A stretch of 64,000 nt of DNA, taken from IMG/VR virus record IMGVR_UViG_3300031912_000871, positions 1 to 64,000 of that record; one strand, written 5' to 3'. A program made the position numbers and the translations under genes. Source of the DNA: a virus. Lineage: Duplodnaviria; Caudoviricetes. A model generated the notes under the pieces. The model searched no databases. It saw only the letters and a program-made list of their open reading frames with translations, and was not told where the DNA came from. Positions 18,310 to 27,207 of the stretch are shown in pieces (the first letter of the stretch is position 1; every line of letters begins with the position of its first letter).

Positions 18310-18864
18310 TCAGGCCAGAGTCGGCCGGGGCCGCAGCCACTGCTTGCCGATGTACTTCGCGCCCATCTCCCCGGCCACGGGGGTCGGGTCGTCGCCGGGG
18401 GTGAACACCACGTCGGCGAAGTGGATGCCCTTGCGGTAGGTGGCGATCAGCGTCAGGCCGTCGAGGCCGCGGTGCGGGTTCGACTCCACGTCGAACTCCC
18501 AGTCGCCTTCGATCAGCGCCCGGGCGTCGGGGATGAACTGGTTGGGTGCGGGCTCACCGATGTAGCGGGCGGTCGGCTCCTCCGGGTCGCGCAGGTACAG
18601 GCAGCCGGCCGCGTCCTGGTACAGCTCCACCGTCGCCTTGTCGAGGTTCGACACCTGGTCGATCTCGGTGTAGAGCACCGACCGCATCGGCAGCATCCGG
18701 GGCATGCCGCCGGTGGTGGTCTCGATGACGGCGGTCGGGTCGCCGACCTTCGAGCGGGCCTCGATGACCTGCGCCTGGGTGGCGGGGTGCACGCGCAGCA
18801 CCGCGCCGTCGACGTCGCGCAGGAAGAACGTGATCCGGTTGTCGTACGTGATGCCGAAAGGCAT
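18310..18864 (-). CDS. Hypothetical protein
   Basis: GGAGACCCC SD, high GC3. Confidence 0.75.
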   Translation of the reverse strand: MPFGITYDNRITFFLRDVDGAVLRVHPATQAQVIEARSKVGDPTAVIETTTGGMPRMLPMRSVLYTEIDQVSNLDKATVELYQDAAGCLYLRDPEEPTARYIGEPAPNQFIPDARALIEGDWEFDVESNPHRGLDGLTLIATYRKGIHFADVVFTPGDDPTPVAGEMGAKYIGKQWLRPRPTLA

Positions 18865-18892
18865 GGGGTCTCCTCGTTCGCGGGGATGCGTC

Positions 18893-18936
18893 TGGTTGTA
18901 GGGACAGGGACTGGTGGTTGTAGGGACAGGGACTGG
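18893..18936. repeat. Perfect 22-bp tandem duplication
   Basis: TGGTTGTAGGGACAGGGACTGG x2, intergenic. Confidence 0.85.
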
Positions 18937-18960
18937 TCCCGCCAGGGTGGCGGGAGCTGG

Positions 18961-19308
18961 TCAGCGCGGCTCGATGGCGGGCTGGCCGGTCTCGGCCGCC
19001 CAGTGCTCCAGGTGCGCGTCCATCTGCTCGCGGGAGGTCGGCTCGTCCGTGTACGGCGACCCGGCGCCGCACGAGCAGCCCCAGCCGCCGTCCGGGCGGA
19101 CGGCCGTGTTGTGGCCGGAGCGGCCCGGGTCGCCCTCCGGGTACGCGGGGATCGACTCGACGCGGGCGCGGGCGCCGTCGTGGATGCCGTGGCCGCGCTC
19201 GGCGTTGTAGCGGCGGACGAACTCCTCGGCGTCCTGGACGCGGGCGAACACCGCGATCGGCTTGTCGTCCTCGTACTCGCCGGCGCACACGATCGGGAGA
19301 GTCAACAC
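18961..19308 (-). CDS. Hypothetical protein
   Basis: Promoter, hairpin and SD; CSCG...H motif. Confidence 0.7.
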   Translation of the reverse strand: MLTLPIVCAGEYEDDKPIAVFARVQDAEEFVRRYNAERGHGIHDGARARVESIPAYPEGDPGRSGHNTAVRPDGGWGCSCGAGSPYTDEPTSREQMDAHLEHWAAETGQPAIEPR

Positions 19309-19448
19309 GGGGGTCTCCGTTTCCGGCGGGTCGCTCACCCGCACACCCATACTGTAGCAGTCCTTAACCGCCGTGGGAAGGTGCCGCGCTGGACACGTCA
19401 CTACCGGCAGCGCGTCCTAGGACAGCAGGTCGGCCGCTCCCCCGAGCG

Positions 19449-19478
19449 GGGACGCTACCCGGGTCGCGGACTCATCAT
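19449..19478 (+). promoter_or_regulatory. Late-type promoter (Ig-like gene)
   Basis: GGGACGCTACC-N13-CATCAT, ATG 7 nt later. Confidence 0.7.
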
Positions 19479-19485
19479 CCGGGCC

Positions 19486-19953
19486 ATGACTGCTCTCTTC
19501 GACGCCAGCGGCGCGCGCATCCCCAAGTCGTCCTTCCCGGCCACCAACGTGCCGGACCCGCAGATCCGTGAGGTCACGGCCCCGGTCTACAAGCGAGTGC
19601 CGTACGGGCCGACCGACGTGGCCGTGGACGGCACCCAGCTGGTGCTGGCGTACCCGGCCGGCACCCGAATCCCTCAGTCCGAGATCGACGCCCACTACCC
19701 GGCGGCCACGGTGACGCAGGTGACCCCGGCGACGGGCCCGGCGGCCGGCGGCACGGTCGTCACCATCACCGGCACGAACCTGTCCGGGGTGTCGGGGGTG
19801 ACGTTCGGCGGGACTGCCGGCACGAACCTCCAGGTGATCAGCCAGTCGCAGATCAAGGTGACCACTCCGGCGAAGGCGGCCGGGGCGGTGGCGGTCGTGG
19901 TGGCCGACGACGCCGGCAACGTGACCGTGGCCAACGGCTACACCTACGTGTAG
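19486..19953 (+). CDS. IPT/TIG (Ig-like) domain virion accessory protein
   Basis: VTQVTPATGPAAGGTVVTITGTNL...VTFGG...IKVTTP; late-type promoter. Confidence 0.85.
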   Translation: MTALFDASGARIPKSSFPATNVPDPQIREVTAPVYKRVPYGPTDVAVDGTQLVLAYPAGTRIPQSEIDAHYPAATVTQVTPATGPAAGGTVVTITGTNLSGVSGVTFGGTAGTNLQVISQSQIKVTTPAKAAGAVAVVVADDAGNVTVANGYTYV

Positions 19954-20004
19954 GGCCAGCGCGGCGGCGGCCACTGACCCACCCCTCAGCACTGGTAGAC
20001 GGCT

Positions 20005-20038
20005 CTGGAGAGCCGCCCTTCGCCGGGCGGCTCTCCAG
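20005..20038. terminator. Bidirectional terminator
   Basis: CTGGAGAGCCGCCC/GGGCGGCTCTCCAG between convergent genes. Confidence 0.75.
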
Positions 20039-20048
20039 GAGTGGTTGG

Positions 20049-20420
20049 TCAGGCGGTCTCGGTGTGGACCGGGGCGGTGCGGCGGGGGGCGAAGTAGCGG
20101 ACCAGCACGCCGGCGGGGATGTCGTACGCCTTACGGGCGGCCCAGCGGGCGGTGCCGAGCGTGTCGCGGCCGTCGAAGACCCGGACCGGCCCGAAGACGG
20201 TGCCCTCCGCACCGAACGCGACCTCGCCGTTGTCGAACAGGACGCCCGGGGTGACGGTGATGGTGACGCGGCGGCCGGTGCTGTCGGCCGACCAGGTGAC
20301 GTCCACGACGGGAGTGGCGGAGGCGATCTCGGCGGCGGCCTCAGGGCCGTGCTGGGCATTGAAGGCGACGGTGGCGTCGATGATGGCCTGGATGCCGGGG
20401 GTGATAGTCGTCGCAGTCAT
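20049..20420 (-). CDS. Hypothetical protein
   Basis: Promoter, hairpin and SD. Confidence 0.7.
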   Translation of the reverse strand: MTATTITPGIQAIIDATVAFNAQHGPEAAAEIASATPVVDVTWSADSTGRRVTITVTPGVLFDNGEVAFGAEGTVFGPVRVFDGRDTLGTARWAARKAYDIPAGVLVRYFAPRRTAPVHTETA

Positions 20421-20583
20421 CGGGGGTCTCCTCCCGTTGGGGCGGGTCGCTCACCCGCCTACACCCCAAACTGTAGCGGCGATTAACTGGGTGCGCAAGA
20501 GGGGCGCGGCCGAATCTGGCCGCGCCCCTCTTGGGCCGATGCGGGCTACAGCCGCACCTGGAGGTAGACGGCGGACCCCTTGG

Positions 20584-21126
20584 TCACCCGGCGTCCTCGA
20601 CGGCCTGGGCGAGCGCCGGGCTGAGCAGTTCCCCGAGGGGCACCCGCTCCTCGTCGGCCCGGGCGATCAGGGCGTGCCATGCGTCCGGGTCGTGGTTGTA
20701 GGCGCTCACCAGCGCGGCCACGACCGAGGTCATGTCGGTGCCACGGATGAGGACGCCGTACTTCAGCAGCCAGTGGTCTCCGCCCGGCAGGTAGACCTGG
20801 AGGGGCTTGGTGCTGTCGACGTAGCCCGGTGGGGGCTGCGGGATGCCCGGCGCCGGCGGAAGCGGCGCGGAGCGGGCGGGAGCGGCTGGCAAGCGGGGTG
20901 GGGCCGAAGCACGCCGGCGAGGTGCGGCCGGAGCAGCTGCGGCGGGCGCGGTCGCCTTCGCTTCGGTGGTCTCCGCGGCCGGGGTGGGCGCGGGCTCCGG
21001 ATCGGGCTGCGGGTCGCGGGCGAACGGCGGCCGGCCGGCGGGGCGGGCCGCGGTCGCGGCGGTCACCTCGTCCAGAATGCTGCCTCCGCCCGGGGCGGAG
21101 ATGGTGGGGCGCTGGGGCTTCGGCAT
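20584..21126 (-). CDS. ParA partner, putative type Ib centromere-binding (RHH-like) protein
   Basis: Coupled to parA; disordered N-terminus then KPLQVYLP-helix-helix. Confidence 0.65.
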   Translation of the reverse strand: MPKPQRPTISAPGGGSILDEVTAATAARPAGRPPFARDPQPDPEPAPTPAAETTEAKATAPAAAAPAAPRRRASAPPRLPAAPARSAPLPPAPGIPQPPPGYVDSTKPLQVYLPGGDHWLLKYGVLIRGTDMTSVVAALVSAYNHDPDAWHALIARADEERVPLGELLSPALAQAVEDAG

Positions 21127-21896
21127 CAGACTGCCTCCTCTCTCTGGATCAGGCCGCTGGCGAGCGAGGCGAAGTCGCCGGCGCACCGCCCGTTGGGCTC
21201 GTACAGGTTGATCGGGATGTGCGCCTCGGTGGCCTCGCGCATCCGCACGCTGTCGGCGATCGGCGCGACGAGGCTGTCCGGGTACTGGGCCCGGAACGAG
21301 TCGATGAGCTGCTGGTCGAACGCGGTGTAGCGGCCGGGTCCGATGGCTTTGGCGCGGCCGACGACGATCGCGCTGATCCGCAGGTCCGGGTTGATGCGCC
21401 GTCGGACGGTCTTGACCATCTCCAGCAACTCCTCCATGCCCACCACGTCAAGGCCGGACGCCTGCACGGGGACGATGAGGCCCTCGGCGGCGGCGACCGC
21501 GGCGACGGCCAGGACGTCGAGGGTGTGCGGGCTGTCGATGATGTCGACGTCGATGGGCGCCTCGCTGGTCGCGAGGGCCGAGCGGAGCACGAGTTCGCTG
21601 CCGGGCTCGCGGGTACGTTCGACCTCGCGGAGGGTGGTCCACGACGGGACGATGTAGAGGTTGTCGACGGCGGTTCGTGACGTTACATCGTCTATGGTCG
21701 ATTTGTCCCTGAAGACGTCTACAAGCCCCTCCCCCACGTTGTCCTTCGGGGGCAGCCAGTAGGTAGCGCTGCCGGCCTGCGGGTCGGCGTCGATGATGCG
21801 CACGCGCTTCCCCTCGGCCGCGAGAGCGGCGGCGGTGTTGACCGTGGTGGTCGTCTTGGTGCTGCCGCCCTTCTCGTTGATCACGGCGAGGATCAC
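21126..21896 (-). CDS. parA: ParA partition ATPase
   Basis: NEKGGSTKTT deviant Walker A, IIDADPQ, IIDSP, VPVQAS. Confidence 0.9.
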   Translation of the reverse strand: MILAVINEKGGSTKTTTTVNTAAALAAEGKRVRIIDADPQAGSATYWLPPKDNVGEGLVDVFRDKSTIDDVTSRTAVDNLYIVPSWTTLREVERTREPGSELVLRSALATSEAPIDVDIIDSPHTLDVLAVAAVAAAEGLIVPVQASGLDVVGMEELLEMVKTVRRRINPDLRISAIVVGRAKAIGPGRYTAFDQQLIDSFRAQYPDSLVAPIADSVRMREATEAHIPINLYEPNGRCAGDFASLASGLIQREEAV

Positions 21897-22235
21897 GCGC
21901 TCCCCGCTCCTTCTGTGCGATCCGGCCACAAGATGAGTCCTCCTTGCGATGGGTGTGGGATACCTCCGCGCATTCTGGCAGCGCGACGCCCGAGGGGGCA
22001 GTAGGCGCGCGCCCTGACGGTCGGGCCAGTGGCGAAGTCCACCCGCAGAGGGGCAGCTCAGATGGCATAAGCGCCGATGTGCGTGATCACCCGACCCCTC
22101 ACTGACCCGATAGGTAGACCGGCTACGGGTCTGCCCACCAGGCGGTCGATCCGCCGTCGGCTGAGACGTCGACCGGTTCGCCCGACGGGCGCCCGGGCGT
22201 AGGGGGTGGCGGGGGAGCCTCCACATCAGCCCGTC

Positions 22236-22287
22236 GTCATGAGCGCATGACGGCATGACGACCGTCATGAACGCATGACGGCGCGAC
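22236..22287. repeat. 8-bp-periodic CATGA array upstream of parA (putative parS/parC)
   Basis: gtcatgag cgcatgac ggcatgac gacc gtcatgaa cgcatgac ggcgcgac. Confidence 0.6.
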
Positions 22288-22410
22288 GGCGGGGGAGCGG
22301 GGTTCACAGGCCGACGTTCACACTGGCTGTCACCCCGCCCGGCGGCCCTACACGTTAGGTGCGCGCATGCGCGCAGGCGCGCGCGATACCTGAGAACATG
22401 TGAACATGCA

Positions 22411-22444
22411 AGAGGGGCCGACCGGTCACACGGTCGGCCCCTCT
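22411..22444. terminator. Terminator after the tra/spd operon
   Basis: AGAGGGGCCGACCG/CGGTCGGCCCCTCT. Confidence 0.75.
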
Positions 22445-22458
22445 GCGGGTTCCCTGCT

Positions 22459-23922
22459 CTACGCGGTGGCCACCGGGACCGGCGACTGCGCGTCCTTCGC
22501 AGGCCCTGCCGTCACCTCAACGGCGTCTAGAGCCAGCGCGCCGAGGATGTCGTCACCCGTCGGCTCGGCCACCTTCGGCTCGCGAGCCGGAGTCGGCGCG
22601 CTCTGCTCCGGCACGCGCGCCCGCGTCTCCGGGGGCAGCAGCGCGGCGACCTCACCGGGCAGGTTCGCGGGGCGGGCACGCGCGCCGGACGCGATCTCCT
22701 GGGCGATCCGCACGCGCCACGGCTCGCGAGCCTTCCGCCCGTTCGCCGCGTTGCGGTAGCCGATCCAACCCGCGACGGTCGACCCGTCCGGCTCGCTTCC
22801 GTTCTTCTCCACCCACGCCGTGTACTGCGCATATGCGGCTTCGGCGCGCGCTGAGATCTCCGCCCGGGCGGCACCCGAGCGCGCGCCAGCGGCGGCGGGC
22901 TCGGCCGAGTCGGTGGACCCGCCGGCCGTCTTGGCGCGGGCCGGTTTCGGACGCGGCGCGGGCCGCGCCGACGCGCCCGGAACCGGCTCGGTGGGCTCGG
23001 CGCGCGTGCCGGTCGTCGGCGCGCTGTCGTCGGCGCGCGTGCCGGTCGTCAGCGCGGGGTCGTCAGCGCGCGTGCCGGGTCCGGCGGGCTCGCTGTCGGC
23101 TCGCGCGCCGGGCGCGCTCGGCGCGTGGGCGTTGTCGCCCGCCACCGGAGAGGTGAGGCGTTCGATGTCGTGCACGAGACGGACCCGCCGCGCCACCTCC
23201 TCCACCATCGTCGGGGTCGCGACCAGACCGAGGCGACGCAGCCGGGCCGCGCGGAACGGCTTCCACAGCGGCCAGCCGTGGTGCAGCTTGTGGGCGGCGG
23301 TCGTCAGCCGGCGGATCTGCCGCTCCTCGTGGACGACGCTCAGGTCGGCGTCGGTGGGGTCGACCAGGCCGGCCCACACCAGGATGCGGCGCGGGGAAAG
23401 GCGGAACGCTCCGCTCTTGCGGACCGACTCCCCGGCCGCTGCGGCCCGCTTCACGACGTCCGGGGCGTAGGGGATCCACCAGACGACGGCGACGAGCAGC
23501 GGCAGAACGATCCGCAGCGCGAACTCGGCCGTGGTGGCGGCGGTCAGGGCGACGACGAAGCCCATCGGGACGGCCACGATCCACACGAGCCGGCCGGGCC
23601 AGCCGAGGTTCCCGTGCTTCTTGTGGTGGTCGTCGGCGTAGGCGGCGAGGGTGATCAGCACGGCGCTGGTGACGCCGGCCAGCACCCACGCCGCTACGCC
23701 CTTCGCGCCGCTGATGACGGCGAGGTGGTGGAGACCCTGCGCCTCCCACAGCAGCACGAGCGGGGTGGTGACGGCGCGGCCGACCTTGGCCAGGGAGCGG
23801 CGCCGCACCTGCCACCACAGCAGACCGATCAGTACGGCGGCCAGGGCGGCACCGGTTGGCACGATCATCGCGCCCACCTGGTCGAGGGCCGGCGCCCACT
23901 GCGCCGGGTCGAACTGGTCCAC
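22459..23922 (-). CDS. Spd-like (plasmid spreading) membrane protein
   Basis: Several TM helices, low-complexity GTRAD repeats, C-terminal HTH-like segment; near traB. Confidence 0.6.
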   Translation of the reverse strand: MDQFDPAQWAPALDQVGAMIVPTGAALAAVLIGLLWWQVRRRSLAKVGRAVTTPLVLLWEAQGLHHLAVISGAKGVAAWVLAGVTSAVLITLAAYADDHHKKHGNLGWPGRLVWIVAVPMGFVVALTAATTAEFALRIVLPLLVAVVWWIPYAPDVVKRAAAAGESVRKSGAFRLSPRRILVWAGLVDPTDADLSVVHEERQIRRLTTAAHKLHHGWPLWKPFRAARLRRLGLVATPTMVEEVARRVRLVHDIERLTSPVAGDNAHAPSAPGARADSEPAGPGTRADDPALTTGTRADDSAPTTGTRAEPTEPVPGASARPAPRPKPARAKTAGGSTDSAEPAAAGARSGAARAEISARAEAAYAQYTAWVEKNGSEPDGSTVAGWIGYRNAANGRKAREPWRVRIAQEIASGARARPANLPGEVAALLPPETRARVPEQSAPTPAREPKVAEPTGDDILGALALDAVEVTAGPAKDAQSPVPVATA

Positions 23923-23949
23923 AGGGGTCTCCTCAGTGTCGGGGCTCGC

Positions 23950-24168
23950 TCAGCCGCTGATCTTCTGGCGCACGGAGTTGTCGGAGGCGTAGTCGAGGTG
24001 GCGGGCCAGCGCGCGCTTCGGCACGCGGTGAACGCGCACCAGGCGGAGCAGACGCGCGCCGAGGGTGCCGCGTAGCTCGGCGACGCGCGCCTCCAGCTGC
24101 TCGATCTCGTCCTTCGCGGCGCGTGCCGCGTCGAGGTCGGCGCGCGCGTCGGGGGGCAGGGTCTCCAT
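23950..24168 (-). CDS. Small coiled-coil/HTH protein
   Basis: VPKRALARHLDYASDNSVRQKI. Confidence 0.6.
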   Translation of the reverse strand: METLPPDARADLDAARAAKDEIEQLEARVAELRGTLGARLLRLVRVHRVPKRALARHLDYASDNSVRQKISG

Positions 24169-24250
24169 GTCGGAGCACCGTACCGTCGGGCGCGCACTGG
24201 TGTGCGCGGTCGGGGCGGGGTGAGCGTGTCGCAGATGCATCGGCGCGCTC

Positions 24251-24634
24251 CTAGCGGGCGATGGCGCGCGCCGGGCGCGCGTTGGAGGTGAGGGGGTTCG
24301 CGCGCCGGGGCGCGCTGGCGGGGAGTTCCGGCGCGCGGCGGGGCGTGCCAGCGATCTGGGTGAGCGCGGCGGCGAGCTGATCGGCGACCACCTCGGCGCG
24401 TAGCGCGGCGCGGTGGTCGCTGGGCAGCGGCGCGGAGAGAGTCACGTCGAGCCGAACCCGCCGGCCGGGGATCTGGGTGAGGGTGGCGACGACGACGCCG
24501 AGGTCCGGAACGTGCCGGCGGATCGGCTCGCTGCGGTGCTCGCCGGACAGGCTGAGGGCTTGGCAACGGGGGACGTCGCACCACTCGGGGTGGGTCTTCG
24601 GCGGGCGGGTCCAGCGGCGGCCGGTGATGGTCAC
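24251..24634 (-). CDS. Hypothetical protein
   Basis: HPEWC..C...H; coupled to the traB stop. Confidence 0.6.
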   Translation of the reverse strand: MTITGRRWTRPPKTHPEWCDVPRCQALSLSGEHRSEPIRRHVPDLGVVVATLTQIPGRRVRLDVTLSAPLPSDHRAALRAEVVADQLAAALTQIAGTPRRAPELPASAPRRANPLTSNARPARAIAR

Positions 24635-26748
24635 GCTACCTCCTGAAGCTGCCGGGCGGTACGGGTCGCGAGCGCCCACTCGCCGTCGCGGTCGGTGCGG
24701 CGCACGCGGGCGCCGGGTCGGGACACCTCCCGGCCGAGGGAGGTGGAGACGGTGCTGCGGGTCGCGTTGATGGCGGTGGCGATGACGGAGGTGGTGGCCG
24801 GGCCGTGCTCGGTGAGGAAGTCGACCGCCTTGTCCACGACCGTGCCGCGCGCCCTGGGCTGCGCCGCCGCGGCAGGCGCAGCGGCCGGGACGGGAGCCGG
24901 GGAAGGGGCAGGGGCCGGGTTGGCTGCCTGAACGGTGATGACCTCACGGGCCGGGGCCTCTACGGGCATCGTGGGTTCGGTGGCCCGGTTGTAGCCGGGG
25001 CGGACCGCCTTCGGTGCCAGCGGCGACCGCTTCCACTGCTCGTAGTAGTCGCGGCCCGCGCCGCGGGCGGTGATCTCGTCCAGCGCCGGGCGGCGGGCGG
25101 CTGCCGCCTCCGCGTGCTCGAAGTCGTCCTCGTCCGCGACCGACGGCGTGCGGGAGAACGTGGCGCGGGCGCTGCCGGGGGCGATGGACTCCAGCACGCA
25201 GGTGCCCTTGGTGTGCTCGTACGGCTGGCCCGGGGGGTGCAGCGGGATCTGGTCCGGTGACGGCATGTGCGCCGAGAGGATCATGCCCTTGCCGACGGGC
25301 TCGTTGTTCCGGAACGCGACGACGTTGCCCTTGGTGTTCTGCCGGATGGTGTCGTTGTTGCCCAGCTCGGGGATGGACGGCATCTGCACGCCGACGGCCA
25401 GGCAGCCGCCGACCTTGCCGTCGAGCTTGACGATCTCGGCGACGAGGGACCGGCTGTCGGGGTCGTAGCGGAACAGGACGGGAATCTCGTCGGCGGCGAC
25501 CCACAGGATCGGCATGTACTCGCCGAGGCGCATGGGCTGCCCGTCGACCAGCACCATGATGTCCGGGTCGTAGCGGGCGATGCCGTGGCGGATCTTGCCC
25601 TTGCTGGTCTGGAACGGCAGCTCACCGAGGACCGCGGACCGGGCGAACAGGGCGTTGCGGAACGCCTCCAGCAGCTCGATGCACTGCTCCGGGTCGCGGG
25701 CGATGTAGTCGGCCTGGCCCTCCTTGCCAGCCCAGGCCGGGAAGGACTGGCCGCCCTGCGGGCACGCCGCCCACGGCACGACCAGGCCGGTGTCGGTGAC
25801 CTGGGTGCAGGCGGTGGAGAAGCCCTTACTCTTCCCGGACCCCGAGTCGCCGGCGAACACCGAGTTGACGGTGCCGGCCTGCGGCACGTAGATCGCGAAC
25901 CGGCCCCGCGCCCCGTCGGGGTAGGTGGTGAGGGCTACGGAGCCGTGCTCCAGGCCCTTCCAGCTGTCGTCGTAGTCGGTCTTCGCGTACGTCTTGTTGG
26001 CGTTGACCTTCATAACGCGGGCGGTGTCGAGACGCTCCGACGCCTCCGGCTCGACCACGAACTCACCGCGCGAGCACCGGTATGCGGAGCCGATGAACTC
26101 CTGAGCGGCGACGGCCTGGCCGGTGGTGAACAGGCCCGGCTCCCCGACGATCACGCCTTCCCACTCGATGTTGCCCTTGCCGGGCTTCACGTCGATCAGC
26201 TCGGTGCCGGCGAGCCTCCGGTTCGGGGCACCCAGCTTCTCCGCCCAGATGACCTGCTGCGGGGTCAGCGGCTTCGGGCGGCGTACCCGCCGGTCCCAGA
26301 TCCACGGGCCGGCGGCGGCGATGGTGAGCGCGGCGTGGATGCCGGCGGTCCAGGTCAGCGGCAGGGTCCAGGTGGTGAGGATCAGGGACCAGACGGCGGC
26401 GGTGGTGAGGCACGCCCAGGCGTAGACCTGCTTCGCGCGGCGGAGCTTGCGGCTCTGCCTGCTGCGGCGGCGGATCCAGAGGGCGAGGTAGACGGCGGCG
26501 ATCGCGGTGCCGGCGGTGACGGTCTGCCATGGCTTGTGGGTGCCGTGGAGCAGCACCGCGGCGATGGCCAGCCAGAGGGAGGCGTAGAGCGGGGCGAGCA
26601 GCTGCCGGTACCGCCAGCCGTAGCGCAGCGACAGCCGGATGACCCAGGTGATCGCGCGGACGAGGCCGCTGATGAGGGCGCCGAGCGCGCGCAGCGGCCA
26701 CCACACGCGGCGGCGCGGCGCGGGTTGCTGCTGGGTCTTGCCGAACAC
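24631..26748 (-). CDS. traB: TraB-like FtsK/SpoIIIE DNA translocase
   Basis: N-terminal TMs, Walker A FAGDSGSGKS, Walker B VAADE, C-terminal wHTH. Confidence 0.85.
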   Translation of the reverse strand: MFGKTQQQPAPRRRVWWPLRALGALISGLVRAITWVIRLSLRYGWRYRQLLAPLYASLWLAIAAVLLHGTHKPWQTVTAGTAIAAVYLALWIRRRSRQSRKLRRAKQVYAWACLTTAAVWSLILTTWTLPLTWTAGIHAALTIAAAGPWIWDRRVRRPKPLTPQQVIWAEKLGAPNRRLAGTELIDVKPGKGNIEWEGVIVGEPGLFTTGQAVAAQEFIGSAYRCSRGEFVVEPEASERLDTARVMKVNANKTYAKTDYDDSWKGLEHGSVALTTYPDGARGRFAIYVPQAGTVNSVFAGDSGSGKSKGFSTACTQVTDTGLVVPWAACPQGGQSFPAWAGKEGQADYIARDPEQCIELLEAFRNALFARSAVLGELPFQTSKGKIRHGIARYDPDIMVLVDGQPMRLGEYMPILWVAADEIPVLFRYDPDSRSLVAEIVKLDGKVGGCLAVGVQMPSIPELGNNDTIRQNTKGNVVAFRNNEPVGKGMILSAHMPSPDQIPLHPPGQPYEHTKGTCVLESIAPGSARATFSRTPSVADEDDFEHAEAAAARRPALDEITARGAGRDYYEQWKRSPLAPKAVRPGYNRATEPTMPVEAPAREVITVQAANPAPAPSPAPVPAAAPAAAAQPRARGTVVDKAVDFLTEHGPATTSVIATAINATRSTVSTSLGREVSRPGARVRRTDRDGEWALATRTARQLQEVA

Positions 26749-26809
26749 GGCTTCCTCCTTCTTCGTGGGGGCGGCCCCGGGCCGGAGTGGTCCGGGGCCG
26801 CCGGGTTGA

Positions 26810-27193
26810 TCAGTTGGTGCGGGTGGTGGTGTTCGGTCCGGCGCCGTACGTCTCGCGTTGGGCGAGGCCACCGGCGGCCTGGCCGCGTTCGCGGATGGAC
26901 AGGTGCTGGTCGATCAGGCCGAGGATCGTGCTGGCGATGCCGCGGCTGGCGTCGGCGTGCTTAGCGCGGTCGGTGGCGGCCTGGGCGCGCTGCTGCGCGC
27001 GGTCGCGGAGACGACCGACGGCCGCGACACCGGCCCCGGTCGGGCCGAACAGCCGGATCATGTTGCCGTGGAAGCGGTCGAACCGGGCGAGGTCCTCGTC
27101 TGCGAGCTGGCGGGCGGCGCGGGCGTCCTCGACGTCCCGGGAGGCCGTCACCTGGAGGTCTCCGGCGTACCGCTTCGCGTCGGTGAGGTTCAT
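26810..27193 (-). CDS. Helical-hairpin protein of the transfer locus
   Basis: C-terminus HLSIRERGQAAGGLAQRETY is similar to the end of the upstream gene. Confidence 0.7.
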   Translation of the reverse strand: MNLTDAKRYAGDLQVTASRDVEDARAARQLADEDLARFDRFHGNMIRLFGPTGAGVAAVGRLRDRAQQRAQAATDRAKHADASRGIASTILGLIDQHLSIRERGQAAGGLAQRETYGAGPNTTTRTN

Positions 27194-27207
27194 CTGGATG
27201 CTCCTGT

